The position numbers and the translations under genes are program-made. A stretch of 57,329 nucleotides of DNA from Octopus bimaculoides (lineage: Eukaryota), in assembly GCF_001194135.2 (NCBI RefSeq), contig NC_069000.1:6701646-6758974 (forward strand). Reading direction: 5' to 3'. Within the stretch, counting starts at the first letter, position 1; each line of letters opens with the position of its first letter. Positions 32,868-45,520 of this stretch are shown piece by piece. Below the pieces are notes generated by a model. It made no database searches and was not told the origin of the DNA. It saw only the letters and a program-made list of their open reading frames with translations.

Positions 32868-35439
32868 ATGTCGAAGGAGATTAGTCCAAGAAAAGACTTC
32901 ATCGCTGGCTATTTCGGAGGTGTAGCCATTGTGGTGGCCGGATACCCAATGGATACTATAAAGGTAGGGTAGGGACCATAAAGGGGTGGGCCATACTTAT
33001 TAGTCACCCATAAAAACTGAGGAGGTAAACATGCTTTTGTGTCGTATGTATATGTATGTATGTATGTATATTTTCTATGTGTATATATGTTTGTGTGTCT
33101 GCAGATATGTGCCTGTGTGTATCTGCATACATGCATACTCTTTTACTCTTTACTCTTTACTCTTTACTCTTTTACTTGTTTCAGTCATTTGACTGCGGCC
33201 ATGCTGGAGCACAGCCTTTAGTCGAGCAAATCGACCCCAGGACTTATTCTTTGTAAGCCTAGTACTTATTCTATCGGTCTTTTTTTGTTTTGACGAACCG
33301 CTAGGTTATGGGGATGTAAACACACCAGCATCGGTTGTCGAGCGATGTTGGAGGGACAAACACAGACACACAAACATATACACACACACATACATATATA
33401 TATACATATATACGACAGGCTTCTTTCAGTTTCCGTCTACCAAATCTACTCATAAGGCTTTGGTCGGCCTGAGGCTATAGTAGAAGATACTTGCCCAAGA
33501 TGCCACGCAGTAGGACTGAACCCGGAACCATATATATATACATACATACATACACATGTTTACATAACAGCGCGTGCATATCTCATTAGTAAATACTAAA
33601 CTTATACAATATTTACACAATCCCATCAATGTCTTTTAATTATAATTTCCTAATTAGCTGACTCATTTCCTAATTAGCAACCCATCTTCACAAGATTACC
33701 CCAGAATCAGTTGTTCATATGTTCCTTGCCCTAATAATTACTGGTATAAGCTTTAATCTATTTGTCTGGGTGGAGTAGCTTTTATCTATAATCTTTTAAT
33801 TGTTTCAGTTATTAGACTGCGGCCATGCTGGAGCACCACTTTGAAAATTTTTCAGCTGAATAAATCAACCCAACTTTTTTTTCATGCCTGGTACTTACTA
33901 CTCCATAGGTCTCTTTTGTCAAAATGCTAAGTTACGGGGATGTAAACACCAACACTGGTTGTCAAGCATGGACAGAAAGACATACTCATGCATATGTGAC
34001 TGGCTTCTTTTAGTTTCCATCAATCAAATCCACTCACAAGGCTTTGGTTGGCCCAAGGCACTATAATAGAAGACACGTGCCCAAGGTGCCCACACATTTA
34101 GACTGAAACCTGAACCATGTGGTTGTGGAGCAAGCTTCTTACCACACAGCCATGCCTGCACCTATATGTATCTAGACTTCATTTATTCAGCATAGATATT
34201 TTCACTTCCACTGATCTTTTAAACTTATAGCATCATCCACTCATCTCTTAGTGTGGCTGTGTGGTTGAGAAGGTTGCTTTCGAAAGACACAATTTTGAAT
34301 TCAATCCCATGACAGCTTGGATAAGGTTTTTTTTTACTAAAGCCTTCAACAAACCAAAACTATTTACTCCTACTCTCCAAATACCTCCCTCCAACTCTCT
34401 TTCTCCCTCATTCTCACACTCTTTCTACTCTTCCTCCTTCTTTAATACATGACCTCATTTTAGGTTCGAATACAAACAATGCCACAGATCCCGGGCCAGC
34501 CTTCACCTTATCGAAACATGTACGATTGTGGAATGCACATCATCAAACGAGAGGTAAGATATGAAATACCAATTACTTATATCCTATTATTCTATTGTGG
34601 GTTTCAACCAGAGGCTGTGGCCATGCTGGAGTACTGCCATTAGTGAAATATCAATTTCCTCCATTGGTTAATGACTTGTAGGGACAAACTCAGAGTATTT
34701 CTTTGATTCCTTCACCCACAGAGTGTCCGAGGGTTATACAAAGGAATGGCTATTCCTCTGGTCATCATTCCACCAATGTTTGCACTTTGGTTCTTCACAT
34801 TTGGCGTCGGTAAAAAGTTACAACAGAAATCACCCCAGGAACAATTAAGGTAATGGTCATTTTTTTTTATGTATAAACACCTTTCAAGACATGGTTTTTT
34901 TTAGAATTCTAGGAAATATTTTATCTTGAACCGATGAGGAAGCCATTATGTTGTATGTTGGTCTGCTAAAAATAGCAACCAAATCTTTATTGAATCAAAT
35001 CCCATCATCTTATGAGAGAATACATTAAATGATATTATCTTAGATCCTCCAAAAAACGACAAGGTTGTCATAACTGAATTAGTTTTTATTATTTTTTACT
35101 CAATTTTATTATTTTTTTATTTTTATTTTTTTTGGCTCAATTTTATTTTTTTATTTTTTATTCAATTCTATAATTTTTAAAATATATTTTTTTAATTAGC
35201 TTTTGCTCAAATTTATTATTTTATTATTCTTTATTACCCAATTTTATTATTCTTTTTGTTGTTTTTACTCACTTTTATTATTTTTTATTCTTTTTTTACT
35301 CAATTTTATTACATTTATTATTTTCATTGCTCAATTTTATTTTTCTTATTCATTTTTATACTCAATCTTATTATTTTTTTTATCTTTCACTCAATTTTAT
35401 TATCTTTTATTATATTTTTTACTCAGTTCTATTATCATT

Positions 35440-35522
<83 letters not shown>

Positions 35523-36203
35523 TATCATTATCATAATCATTATTATTACTATCATTATTATTAAGGCAATGAGCTGGCAGAATCGTTAGCACACTGGGTT
35601 TGTGTGTAGTCATGTTTTGACATCACATAATGGCAGTCAACAGGCAAACAATGGGGAAACACCGACTTGCTTGGAAGCAGGTGAAGGTTGGTGACAGGAA
35701 AGGCATCCAGCTGTGGAAAATTTGCTCAGCAGGGAAAAGTTGATGCTGGATAATGATGATGATGACAACAACGATGATGACAACAACGACGATGACAACA
35801 ACGACGATGACGACGACGACGATGATGTCTTCAGATTGAGTGGGAACAACTATGAACTCCTATTTCAACATCTGATGTTCTGTGAAGGTTCTTGAGCAAT
35901 TAAACACACCTTGAATTTGCTGTTCTATAGTGAACTGTGTGTCCCTTTTCTTTTTTTTCTTTCTTTCTTTCTTTCTTTTTTCAGTTATTTCCAGGTATTC
36001 AAGGCAGGAATGCTGGCTGGTACTGTAGCCACAGCTTTTTGTTCTCCCGGAGAAAGAATCAAGTGTTTGTTGCAGGTGAGTAAATAGTCTTAATTATTTG
36101 GGTTTCAGAACAAATTAATTGAGAAATAATTAACTAATTAATCAGTTTAAGCAGTGATGATAAACAGTGACAACAATGCTGATGTCGAACATGATGATGG
36201 TAG

Positions 36204-36246
<43 letters not shown>

Positions 36247-36997
36247 AGTAATGATGACAATGATGACAATGATGACGATGGCAACAACAATACTACCGCT
36301 AATGGTAGTGATAACGATAATGATGATAACAATAATGATAATGACAACAATAATGATGATGATGGTGATGATAACGATGATGATGAATTTCGACATGTGA
36401 TATAATATAGTCTTTATATTAGTTTTTATACAAGGCTTTCTATATTAATTAATTATAAGGCAGTAAACTGGCAGAATCGTTAGCACACCAGACAAAATAT
36501 TTAGTCGCATTTTGTCTGTTTTTAAGCTCTGAGTTCAAATTCTGTCTAGGTCTCTCTCTCTCTCCCTCTCCCTGTCACGCCCTCTCTATCCTTCACTCTC
36601 TCTGTCTCTCCCTCTTTCTCTCTTTCTGTTTTCCTCTCCCCCTTTCTTTCTTTGCCAACTAATCTTCTAACATTGACATCATAAAAGCCATAAAAACCGA
36701 TCTCAAAGGTTATAGCTTTGCATTAAAGTACTACACTCACCTGACACTCTCCAGATGTTTGTATGTGGATTTCACACATGAATACACATACACACATACC
36801 TGTATAGTCACAAACAACCACCCACCTACACACACACACACCTGTATGGTCACACCTGCCAACCCACACACATACCTGTATATTCACACACACACACACC
36901 TGTATATTCACATACATACAGCCACACACACACACCTACCTATATCATCTCTCTCTCACTCAGTCACACACACACACACCTATCTGTATAGTCTCTT

Positions 36998-37039
<42 letters not shown>

Positions 37040-39452
37040 ACGCATGCACATATATCTGTTAGGAGGCACAAAGCACTTATACACACACTTCTACACACAC
37101 AACGATAACTTCTGCCTAGCAAATTCAATCACAAGGCTTCAGTCAGTTCAAGATGATAATAGCAGAAGACACTTGCCCAAGGTACCATGCAGTGGGACTG
37201 AACCCAAAACCATGGCTGTAAAAGAATAAAAGAAAATCACATCATTGAAATTACATAGCTATGAGATAATGCTTGATGAATTCAAAACCAATGTGAAAAA
37301 ATAAGCATTACATTTGACAAAACAATCTCAATGCTTAAGGCTTTCTATATTAATTAATTACAAGGCAGCAAATTGGCAGAATCGTTAGCACACCGGACAA
37401 AATATTTAGTCACATTTTGTCTGTCTTTAAGCTCTGAGTTCAAATTTTGTCTAGGTCAGTCAATAAAATAAATACCAGTCATGTACAAGGGTCAATGTGA
37501 TCAACTAGCCCCCTCCTCCAAACTTGTTGGATTTGTACCAAAATTTGAAATCAATATATGAATTAATTAGTCATTAGCAGGCCAGGAAAAATGCTGAATG
37601 GCTTTCCATCCTGCTAATGCTCTGAGTTCAAATTCTGCCAAAGTCAACTTTGCTTTTCCTCTTTTCGGGGACAATAAAATAGATACCAATCATGTACTGG
37701 GGTCGATGTGATCAACTAGCCCTCTACCCCAGCCTTGCTGGACTTGTACCAAACTTTGAAATCAATATATTAATTAATTATCGTGTATTTAACTAAATTC
37801 TTTTTGCTTCCTTACCATTTCAGATTCAGCAAGAATCCAATGGAAAGGCTAAATATCAGGGACCCATTGATTGTCTGCGTAAATTATATAAGGAAGGGGG
37901 CATCAGGTGGATCTACAGGGGCACCACAGCAACTTTTGTCAGAGGTTTGTAGTTGTTGTTATTCATGTTATAAGTGGTGGTCAGAAAGATCCCCATCCTC
38001 GGAATTTTTCAGGAAATCCCTCCCCCACTTCAGCCCCCTCCACAGAACTTTCCAGGAAGTCCCTCTCCCCCCTTCATCCCTCCCTCCTCGGAGTTTTCCA
38101 GGAAGTACCTCTCCTCCCCTTCAACACTTCCAGGAAGTCCCAATTCCTCTGAGTTTTCCAGGAAGTCAACCTCTTCCCCTTCAACTCCCCCTTCTCATAA
38201 TGTTAACAGAAGAAATGACTGATGGTTATGTGCAGACCCTTCTGAAGTTCAAAGTGTTATGCATACAAAAATTTCCTGCAACTGTCATGGTTTTATGGGT
38301 TGTCAGCAATGAAGGACATGTGATGCCTCCTTACTTCTTTCCACAAGGCCTTAAAATTAACTCTGCTGCCTACATTGAATGCAAAGCGTTCACATTTCTT
38401 TGTGCCCCTGCAACCCTGTTCTGTTCTTAGGAAGTGGCACCTCAGTTGGTGCAGTTTTGCCAGGTAGGGCACTCTTTTGCCTGCATTTCCTGAATATTTA
38501 TACATAAACACTTGCTTACACCCATACGCACACATTGACATGTGAATACACACACACACACATGCACACTCTCTCATACATACATACACATACATATATG
38601 CATTCACACATAAATACATGCCCATGTTCCAGGTGGGCATGTATTACTTACCAGGCAGGTAATCAGAGACTGTGCATTGAAACTACAACAATTGTAGTGT
38701 GAAATATATATTAGTCATTTACCCACTCTCCCCATACAGACACACACACACATCCTACCCCCACCCGAATCTCCAACTCCATCCCCATTGACGAAAAGCT
38801 TCAATGGCTGCAGCAACGAAAAATTTGACACCAAATAATAAATGTCTAATTGAACTTAACAGTTTACGCGTGCATTGAATGGCTAATATGTGTGTCTTCC
38901 ACACTGCATTGTACATGTGCAGTCATACATGTGCAGCAATCATACATGTGCTGCAATCGTACGTATGCACACATGTATAACTAAGTTCATTTGCATTACC
39001 ATTATTGCTGTTGTTGTCGTTGTTGCGGTCGTCATTGCCATCATTGTTTTGCCGTTGTTGTTGTCCTATGTTTCTCCCCTAAGGCTTTCACTCTACACAC
39101 GCCAGCTCAACTTGATTCGTATTTATTAGTTGAAAGACACCTGGTGTTATTTTCTTGTTGTTTGTATTTGTAACTGTGTAGCATTTTCTCCATTTTTTTG
39201 TCTTTGTTGTCGTACACATTCACTTGCTTTCTCCCAAAATATTTAATGCCTTTAGCTCAGATTTTTGGGGCCAGCCAGATTTGAACAGTCTGAAGTATAA
39301 CCGGCTGAAACTGTAAGGATAATCTGGAAACTTGACTGAAGAGAGAAGACTGTAAATGATCCATCCTTGTTTTTTCCTGTTCATCTTTGTATCATTTATC
39401 TGTCCAGATGTTTTATTGTTGTCTGTTATGCGCTTGTTCCATTTTTTGGATA

Positions 39453-39485
<33 letters not shown>

Positions 39486-42253
39486 NNNNNNNNNNNNNNN
39501 NNNNNNNNNNNNNNNNNNNNNNNNNNNNNNNNNNNNNNNNNNNNGATATACATGGATCAGGATTCTATTTCATGACTTATGAGTTTATGCAACGTCTTCT
39601 GTCAGAAGACAACAAAAGGTAAAAAAATCACTGTTAAAATATATAAAGAATGACCAGTAAAAATTGTGTTTATGATTTACTTTTTTATTCTTTTATTTGT
39701 TTCAGTCATTTGACTGTGGCCATGCTGGAGCACCACCTTTAATCAAACAAATCGACCCCAGAGCTTATTCTTTGTAGGCCTAGTACTTATTCTTTTGGCC
39801 TCTTTGGCCAAACCTCTAAGTTGAGTCTTTTTGGCATCTCTGTAGTTGCAAGAAGGCATAGATGCTCTCTTGGCCTTCTCACCCATTAACCCAGTGGAAC
39901 ATCTAGGTTGTGACAACTGGAGGGAGGGAGAGGGCTATACCAGTACTCAACTGTACTCATTACAGCTGGAGCAACAAGAGATGAAGTACCTTGTTCAAGA
40001 ACACAGCATGTTACTCACTCCAGGAATTTGAACCCACAATCATAGTCATGAATCCAACACCTTAACTTCTTGGCCATGTTCCTTTTTTCATCTTTAGATC
40101 CTCCTACACCTCTTAATGCATTGTGCATTGTGTGAAAGTTGTCTGTGATGTTCTTAATAAATATTACTCCATAAATTCATTAAGATAAAATAATTACAGT
40201 CAATTAATTGTAGCTATATTATTTCAAATATTTAGTATGAAGTTTAAGCTTTCTACACTGCTCAATACATTGTGAAGCAAGCTCTCTCCACCAGGTTCAG
40301 CTACCTGCTATTTTTGTTCAACCATCCATATAATGTTGGTTGTCCTTGGGTCATCTTGAAATGTCCAGTACCTGGTGTTCTTCAGCCTGCCTCTTTTACG
40401 TTTGCTGTCAGGTGGTGTCCAGGTCATGGCTGTTTTTGATCATTTTGACACAGGATCCTAAGTTCAAGAAGTCAAACACACACATGCTTGTGTGTACACA
40501 AGCACATGGGTTTACTGAGTTATGTCAGTCTGTTTATTCATTTGCAGATATGAATCTCTGAGTGCCAGAAATACTCTGTTGGCTGGAGGTGTGGCTGGAC
40601 TGGTCAACTGGTCATTGGCATTACCAGCAGATGTGGTTAAATCAAGAATACAAATAGGTAAGTTGATACATTGTACAGGTGTGCATGTGCATGCGTGTGT
40701 GTGTGTGTGTGTGTATGTGTGACTCAGTGCTAGATTAACCATTAAGCAAAATAAGCACTTGCTTAGGGCATCAAGGAAAGAAGGGGGCCAAAATTTCGGT
40801 TCCAATCAAACCATGTAACTTATGCCAGCATGGAAAGTAGACACTAAATGGTGATGATGATGACGATGATGATGATGATGATGATGGTTAATAACTATTT
40901 CTTCTCATTATTGAGTGTGATTTCAATTGCTTAAATTGATTCACTACATTAATTATATTAATTCTATATTAATTATATATATTAGTATCATGTTTAATCA
41001 TTTATTGGTTCAATTCTATTCTTCTATCAAGCACCCATAGAAAACCAGAATCTAAGAATCAAAGATGTCTTCAAACAATTATGGAAGGAAGGTGGAATCC
41101 AAGCCTTGTACAAAGGAACAACACCAGTTTTGACCAGAGCTTTTGTAGGGAATGCTGTAAGTGTGACATTTGTTGTGGTCAAATTAGATTTGTTTTCTTG
41201 TTCTGGAATTGCATAAGGTTGCGTCAGTGATATCCTTGTCAACAAAGAAGAGATATGCTTCAGCATATTTAACAGGAAGAAACTAACACGATTTCGTAAT
41301 GTTACTCTTCAACAGAATAACGAACAATAATTATCTATAACACTTTTATGTAAACAATTATTATAGTCATATTGCTTTTTTTTCTAACTTTTGTATGACA
41401 TATTCAATGGAGAAAAGCATTTATATAACTTTCTCACATGGTGGCTGTCAGAGGAGCTCAAAACAGGATCAATCAATTTGTCTGTTTACAAATAGCATTC
41501 TACACCACATTCTTTATAACAATGGCCAGAATAGATATAACTTGCAACACAGTTGTATATACGACACACTTTTGAAAGATCTAATGTGAAACTGGTCAAG
41601 AGTATTTCTATATTATAAAATATAAATAAATTTTATTTAATTCGAATATATTCACTGAACATTTTCCTCCACTTGTTTGAATTAATAACAATTTATATAT
41701 ATATGTTAAGAAGTGCATATATTTATGTTTCTTTTCTTAGATATATAAACTACTGACCAATATATATATATATTTATATTTAATTATGATTACAAAAATA
41801 TAATTATAACAAAGGGTGTTGAATTGACAATACCTATACACTAGAAATAGATAATAATTAATAACATCGAAAAATACCTTAGGAATGAAAACCCAGATTC
41901 AAAATTTCCCCCAAGACATCTGATGAAGACTGGAGGGTATATCAGCCGAAACATTGTGTTAACAACAAACAAGATGAGGACAAATATCCATCGAATGTAA
42001 ATAATGTAAATAATGAATACACTAATTTGTTTTAGATCTGGCTGTGTGTGTGTGTGTGTGTGAACTATACAACATTTGCTGTACAATTACCATCATGTTT
42101 GACTTCCAATTGCAATACTTCTATATTTAATTCATTTGCTCCCAAACTCTCATTTCTTTTTTTTCTGTCTAATTTTTTTTTTAATTCCAGGCCTGCCTCC
42201 TCACATACGAAATAGTAGTTAGAGTTCTAAACACTCTTCTTCCAAATCTATGA
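32868..42253 (+). CDS. SLC25A20: Mitochondrial carnitine/acylcarnitine carrier-like protein (SLC25 family, 298 aa)
   Basis: Exons 32868-32963, 34464-34553, 34722-34849, 35985-36075, 37824-37944, 39546-39618 (acceptor mostly in the gap), 40548-40657, 41032-41156 and 42191-42253; 897 nt, phases consistent. Three Px[DE]xx[KR] motifs (PMDTIK, PGERIK, PADVVK), plus GKKLQQK, ERIKCLLQ, YFMTYE and C-terminal PNL typical of CACT. Exon sizes 128/91/73/110/125/63 match human SLC25A20 as I recall them. An acceptor at 32856-57 implies an unlocated 5' UTR exon. Confidence 0.93.
33150..33530 (-). mobile_element. Near full-length abundant SINE in carrier intron 1
   Basis: TTGTTTCAGTCATTTGACTGCGGCCATGCTGGAGCAC...GTAAACACACCAGCATCGGTTGTC...CTTCTTTCAGTTTCCGTCTACC. 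Copies at 33790-34160, 39690-39830 and 43770-43990. Confidence 0.85.
35080..35430. repeat. Degenerate AT-rich minisatellite (core TTTACTCAATTTTATT) in carrier intron 3
   Basis: Roughly ten or more irregularly spaced copies of CTCAATT(T/C)TATT are visible. Confidence 0.75.
38200..38392 (+). mobile_element. maT/Tc1 transposase fragment
   Basis: Across frameshifts it reads NRRND*WLCADPSEV...KFPATVMVLWVVSNEGHVMPPYFFPQGLKINSAAYIEC; same family as 5861-6749. Confidence 0.75.
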
Positions 42254-42345
42254 ATAAACACTTTTGTTTGCAGCATTTAAATCAGAAAATAAAATTTACC
42301 AGATTCCAGAGGTAATGTATACAGAGAATTAACATTTATCATTAC

Positions 42346-42396
<51 letters not shown>

Positions 42397-42870
42397 CATT
42401 ATTATCATAAACTGTCAATCCCAGAGGTTGTGCAGAGCCCCACTGGCTGTGTTGGGATGGTTTCTACAGCTGGATGCCCTTCCTAATGTCAACCACATCT
42501 TTTAGAAATTTTTCTTGTGTAAAAATTGTAAAAAATTAAGAAATTTGCATTAAAATTAGTTTATTTCCTTGAAATTCTAAAAACAATGTCTTAAGTTTCT
42601 TTTTATCCTAAACACAGGACTTAGCAGTTTGACAAACAGATTATGATAAAACGAGGAGCAGACTGGAATAAGTACTGGGATTGATACGACTGGCTAAAAA
42701 ATGTTGAACTCCAGCTTGGCAGCTATCCAAAGACTGAAGCTTGTAAAATGATATATTTCGTGCCTCCTGCATGTGTGTGTGTGTGCATGCGTGCGTGTGC
42801 ATGTGTGTGTGTGTGTATCTATATCTGTTTGTCAGTATATGTATGTTTATGTGTGCATGTCTGCTTCTTC

Positions 42871-42929
<59 letters not shown>

Positions 42930-43993
42930 TGNNNNNNNNNNNNNNNNNNNNNNNNNNNNNNNNNNNNNNNNNNNNNNNNNNNNNNNNNNNNNNNNNNNNN
43001 NNNNNNNNNNNNNNNNNNNNNNNNNNNNNNNNNNNNNNNNNNNNNNNNNNNNNNNNNNNNNNNNNNNNNNNNNNNNNNNNNNNNNNNNNNNNNNNNNNNN
43101 NNNNNNNNNNNNNNNNNNNNNNNNNNNNNNNNNNNNNNNNNNNNNNNNNNNNNNNNNNNNNNNNNNNNNNNNNNNNNNNNNNNNNNNNNNNNNNNNNNNN
43201 NNNNNNNNNNNNNNNNNNNNNNNNNNNNNNNNNNNNNNNNNNNNNNNNNNNNNNNNNNNNNNNNNNNNNNNNNNNNNNNNNNNNNNNNNNNNNNNNNNNN
43301 NNNNNNNNNNNNNNNNNNNNNNNNNNNNNNNNNNNNNNNNNNNNNNNNNNNNNNNNNNNNNNNNNNNNNNNNNNNNNNNNNNNNNNNNNNNNNNNNNNNN
43401 NNNNNNNNNNNNNNNNNNNNNNNNNNNNNNNNNNNNNNNNNNNNNNNNNNNNNNNNNNNNNNNNNNNNNNNNNNNNNNNNNNNNNNNNNNNNNNNNNNNN
43501 NNNNNNNNNNNNNNNNNNNNNNNNNNNNNNNNNNNNNNNNNNNNNNNNNNNNNNNNNNNNNNNNNNNNNNNNNNNNNNNNNNNNNNNNNNNNNNNNNNNN
43601 NNNNNNNNNNNNNNNNNNNNNNNNNNNNNNNNNNNNNNNNNNNNNNNNNNNNNNNNNNNNNNNNNNNNNNNNNNNNNNNNNNNNNNNNNNNNNNNNNNNN
43701 NNNNNNNNNNNNNNNNNNNNNNNNNNNNNNNNNNNNNNNNNNNNNNNNNNNNNNNNNNNNNNNNNNNNTTTACTCTTTACTCTTTACTCTTTACTCTTTT
43801 ACTCTTTTACTTGTTTCAGTCATGTGACTGTGGCCATGCTGGAGCACTGCCTTTAGTCGAGCAAATTGACCCCAGGACTTATTCTTTGTAAGTCCAGTAC
43901 TTATTCTATCGGTCTCTTTTGTTGAACCGCTAAGTTACGGGGATGTAAACACACCAGCATCGGTTGTCAAGCGATGTTGGGGGGACAAACACA

Positions 43994-44049
<56 letters not shown>

Positions 44050-45520
44050 CATATATACTCGCCCCACCACCACCACCACCACTTGACAACCGGCGTTAAT
44101 GTGTTTACATCCCCATAACTTAAGGATCAACAAAGGAGACTGATAGAATAAGTACTAGGCTTAAAGAAATAAGTCCTGGGGTTGATTTGCTTGACTAAAA
44201 CCCTTCAAGACAGTGCCCCAGCATGGCCGAACTCAAATGACTGAAGCAAGTAAAAGATATACATGTGTGTGTGTGTGAAAGCACATGGCTTAGTGGTTAG
44301 GGTGTTGCACCCATGCTCACAAGATCATAGGTTTGATTTCTAGACCATGCAGCATGTTGTGGTCTTGAGCAAAACACTTCATTTCACATTGTCCCAGACC
44401 ACTTGGCTGTAAATAGGTAACCCCGTGATGGAATAACGTTCCAAACAAGGGGAATGTTGGCCTGCTTGCCTAGTTAGCAGGGTGGCTTCATTTGGAAGCT
44501 AAAACATGCAAAATACATGTATAACAACATCTGAAAGTCTGGTCGGTCATGTCATATATATACAATACTGATTACTAACAACCATTTCTATCTCCTTTGA
44601 TATGTCAGAAATGAAGTGTATTAGCTTTGTACTCAGACAAAATAGAAGAAAAAGTCTTTTATGTTTTTGGCAAATGCTCTTTTTCAGAAGGAAAAGATGA
44701 GAAGAGAAAAAAAAAAGTGGAGAAAGAAAGGTACAAATGTGTCTCAATTAGACAATCATTGCATATATTGGGGTCATCATGAAGCATTGTCAGAGATTAT
44801 GAAGCCTGGTATTTATAGCCACTTGGAGAGATTTATTTTCATATTGTTCACGAAACAGTATGGTTGAAGTCTGTTTCTAAGACATAAGCCTTTAAAGAAT
44901 ACGTCTTTCTATAGATGAGATTAGATTATTATCAAGATGACTGATTGCTGAAGATCTCAAGAGGGAATGAGGGACAGTTGTAGACCCTAGATTAACAACT
45001 TATGTAGAAGGTTCACACATCAGACACGTGAATGAATTTATGGATGCTCAAAGCAGCAACACTGCTTTCACTAAAGTTCTCAATGGTAAAGGACAATTGG
45101 TTTATTATGACATAAGAGAGTAAGTTTTTACAAGATATGGGTCTACAGAAGCTATACGAGTATTCACAGAAGAGAAAGAGAGAGACAATGCTATGAAATA
45201 TGTGACCACTGATTACTAACAACCATTTCTATCTCCTTTGATATGTCAGAAATGAAGTGATAGGTCAATAGTTGAAAATAAAATGTGAAAGATAGAATAT
45301 TCCCCAGCATGGGGGGATTTTGTATCTCATTTCCCAAAAGATAGAAAGCTTTACCTTCTGTGAAAGAGGATATACTATGATTAATTATCAAAGATTTAGA
45401 CAGATTCAGAGAGAGAGTAGAGAAAGAGAGAGAGATTGAAATGGTTGATGAAGATATTAGCTAGCTCTGAGATGTCTCATTCAAGGATCACAGAAGTGAC
45501 TTTGATAGAAGAAGTCATTA

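Noticed and set aside
37783-38430. 215-aa ORF with a Pro-rich FPGS repeat
   Set aside because: Chimera of carrier exon 5 read out of frame, the TTCCAGGAAGT minisatellite and a maT transposase fragment.
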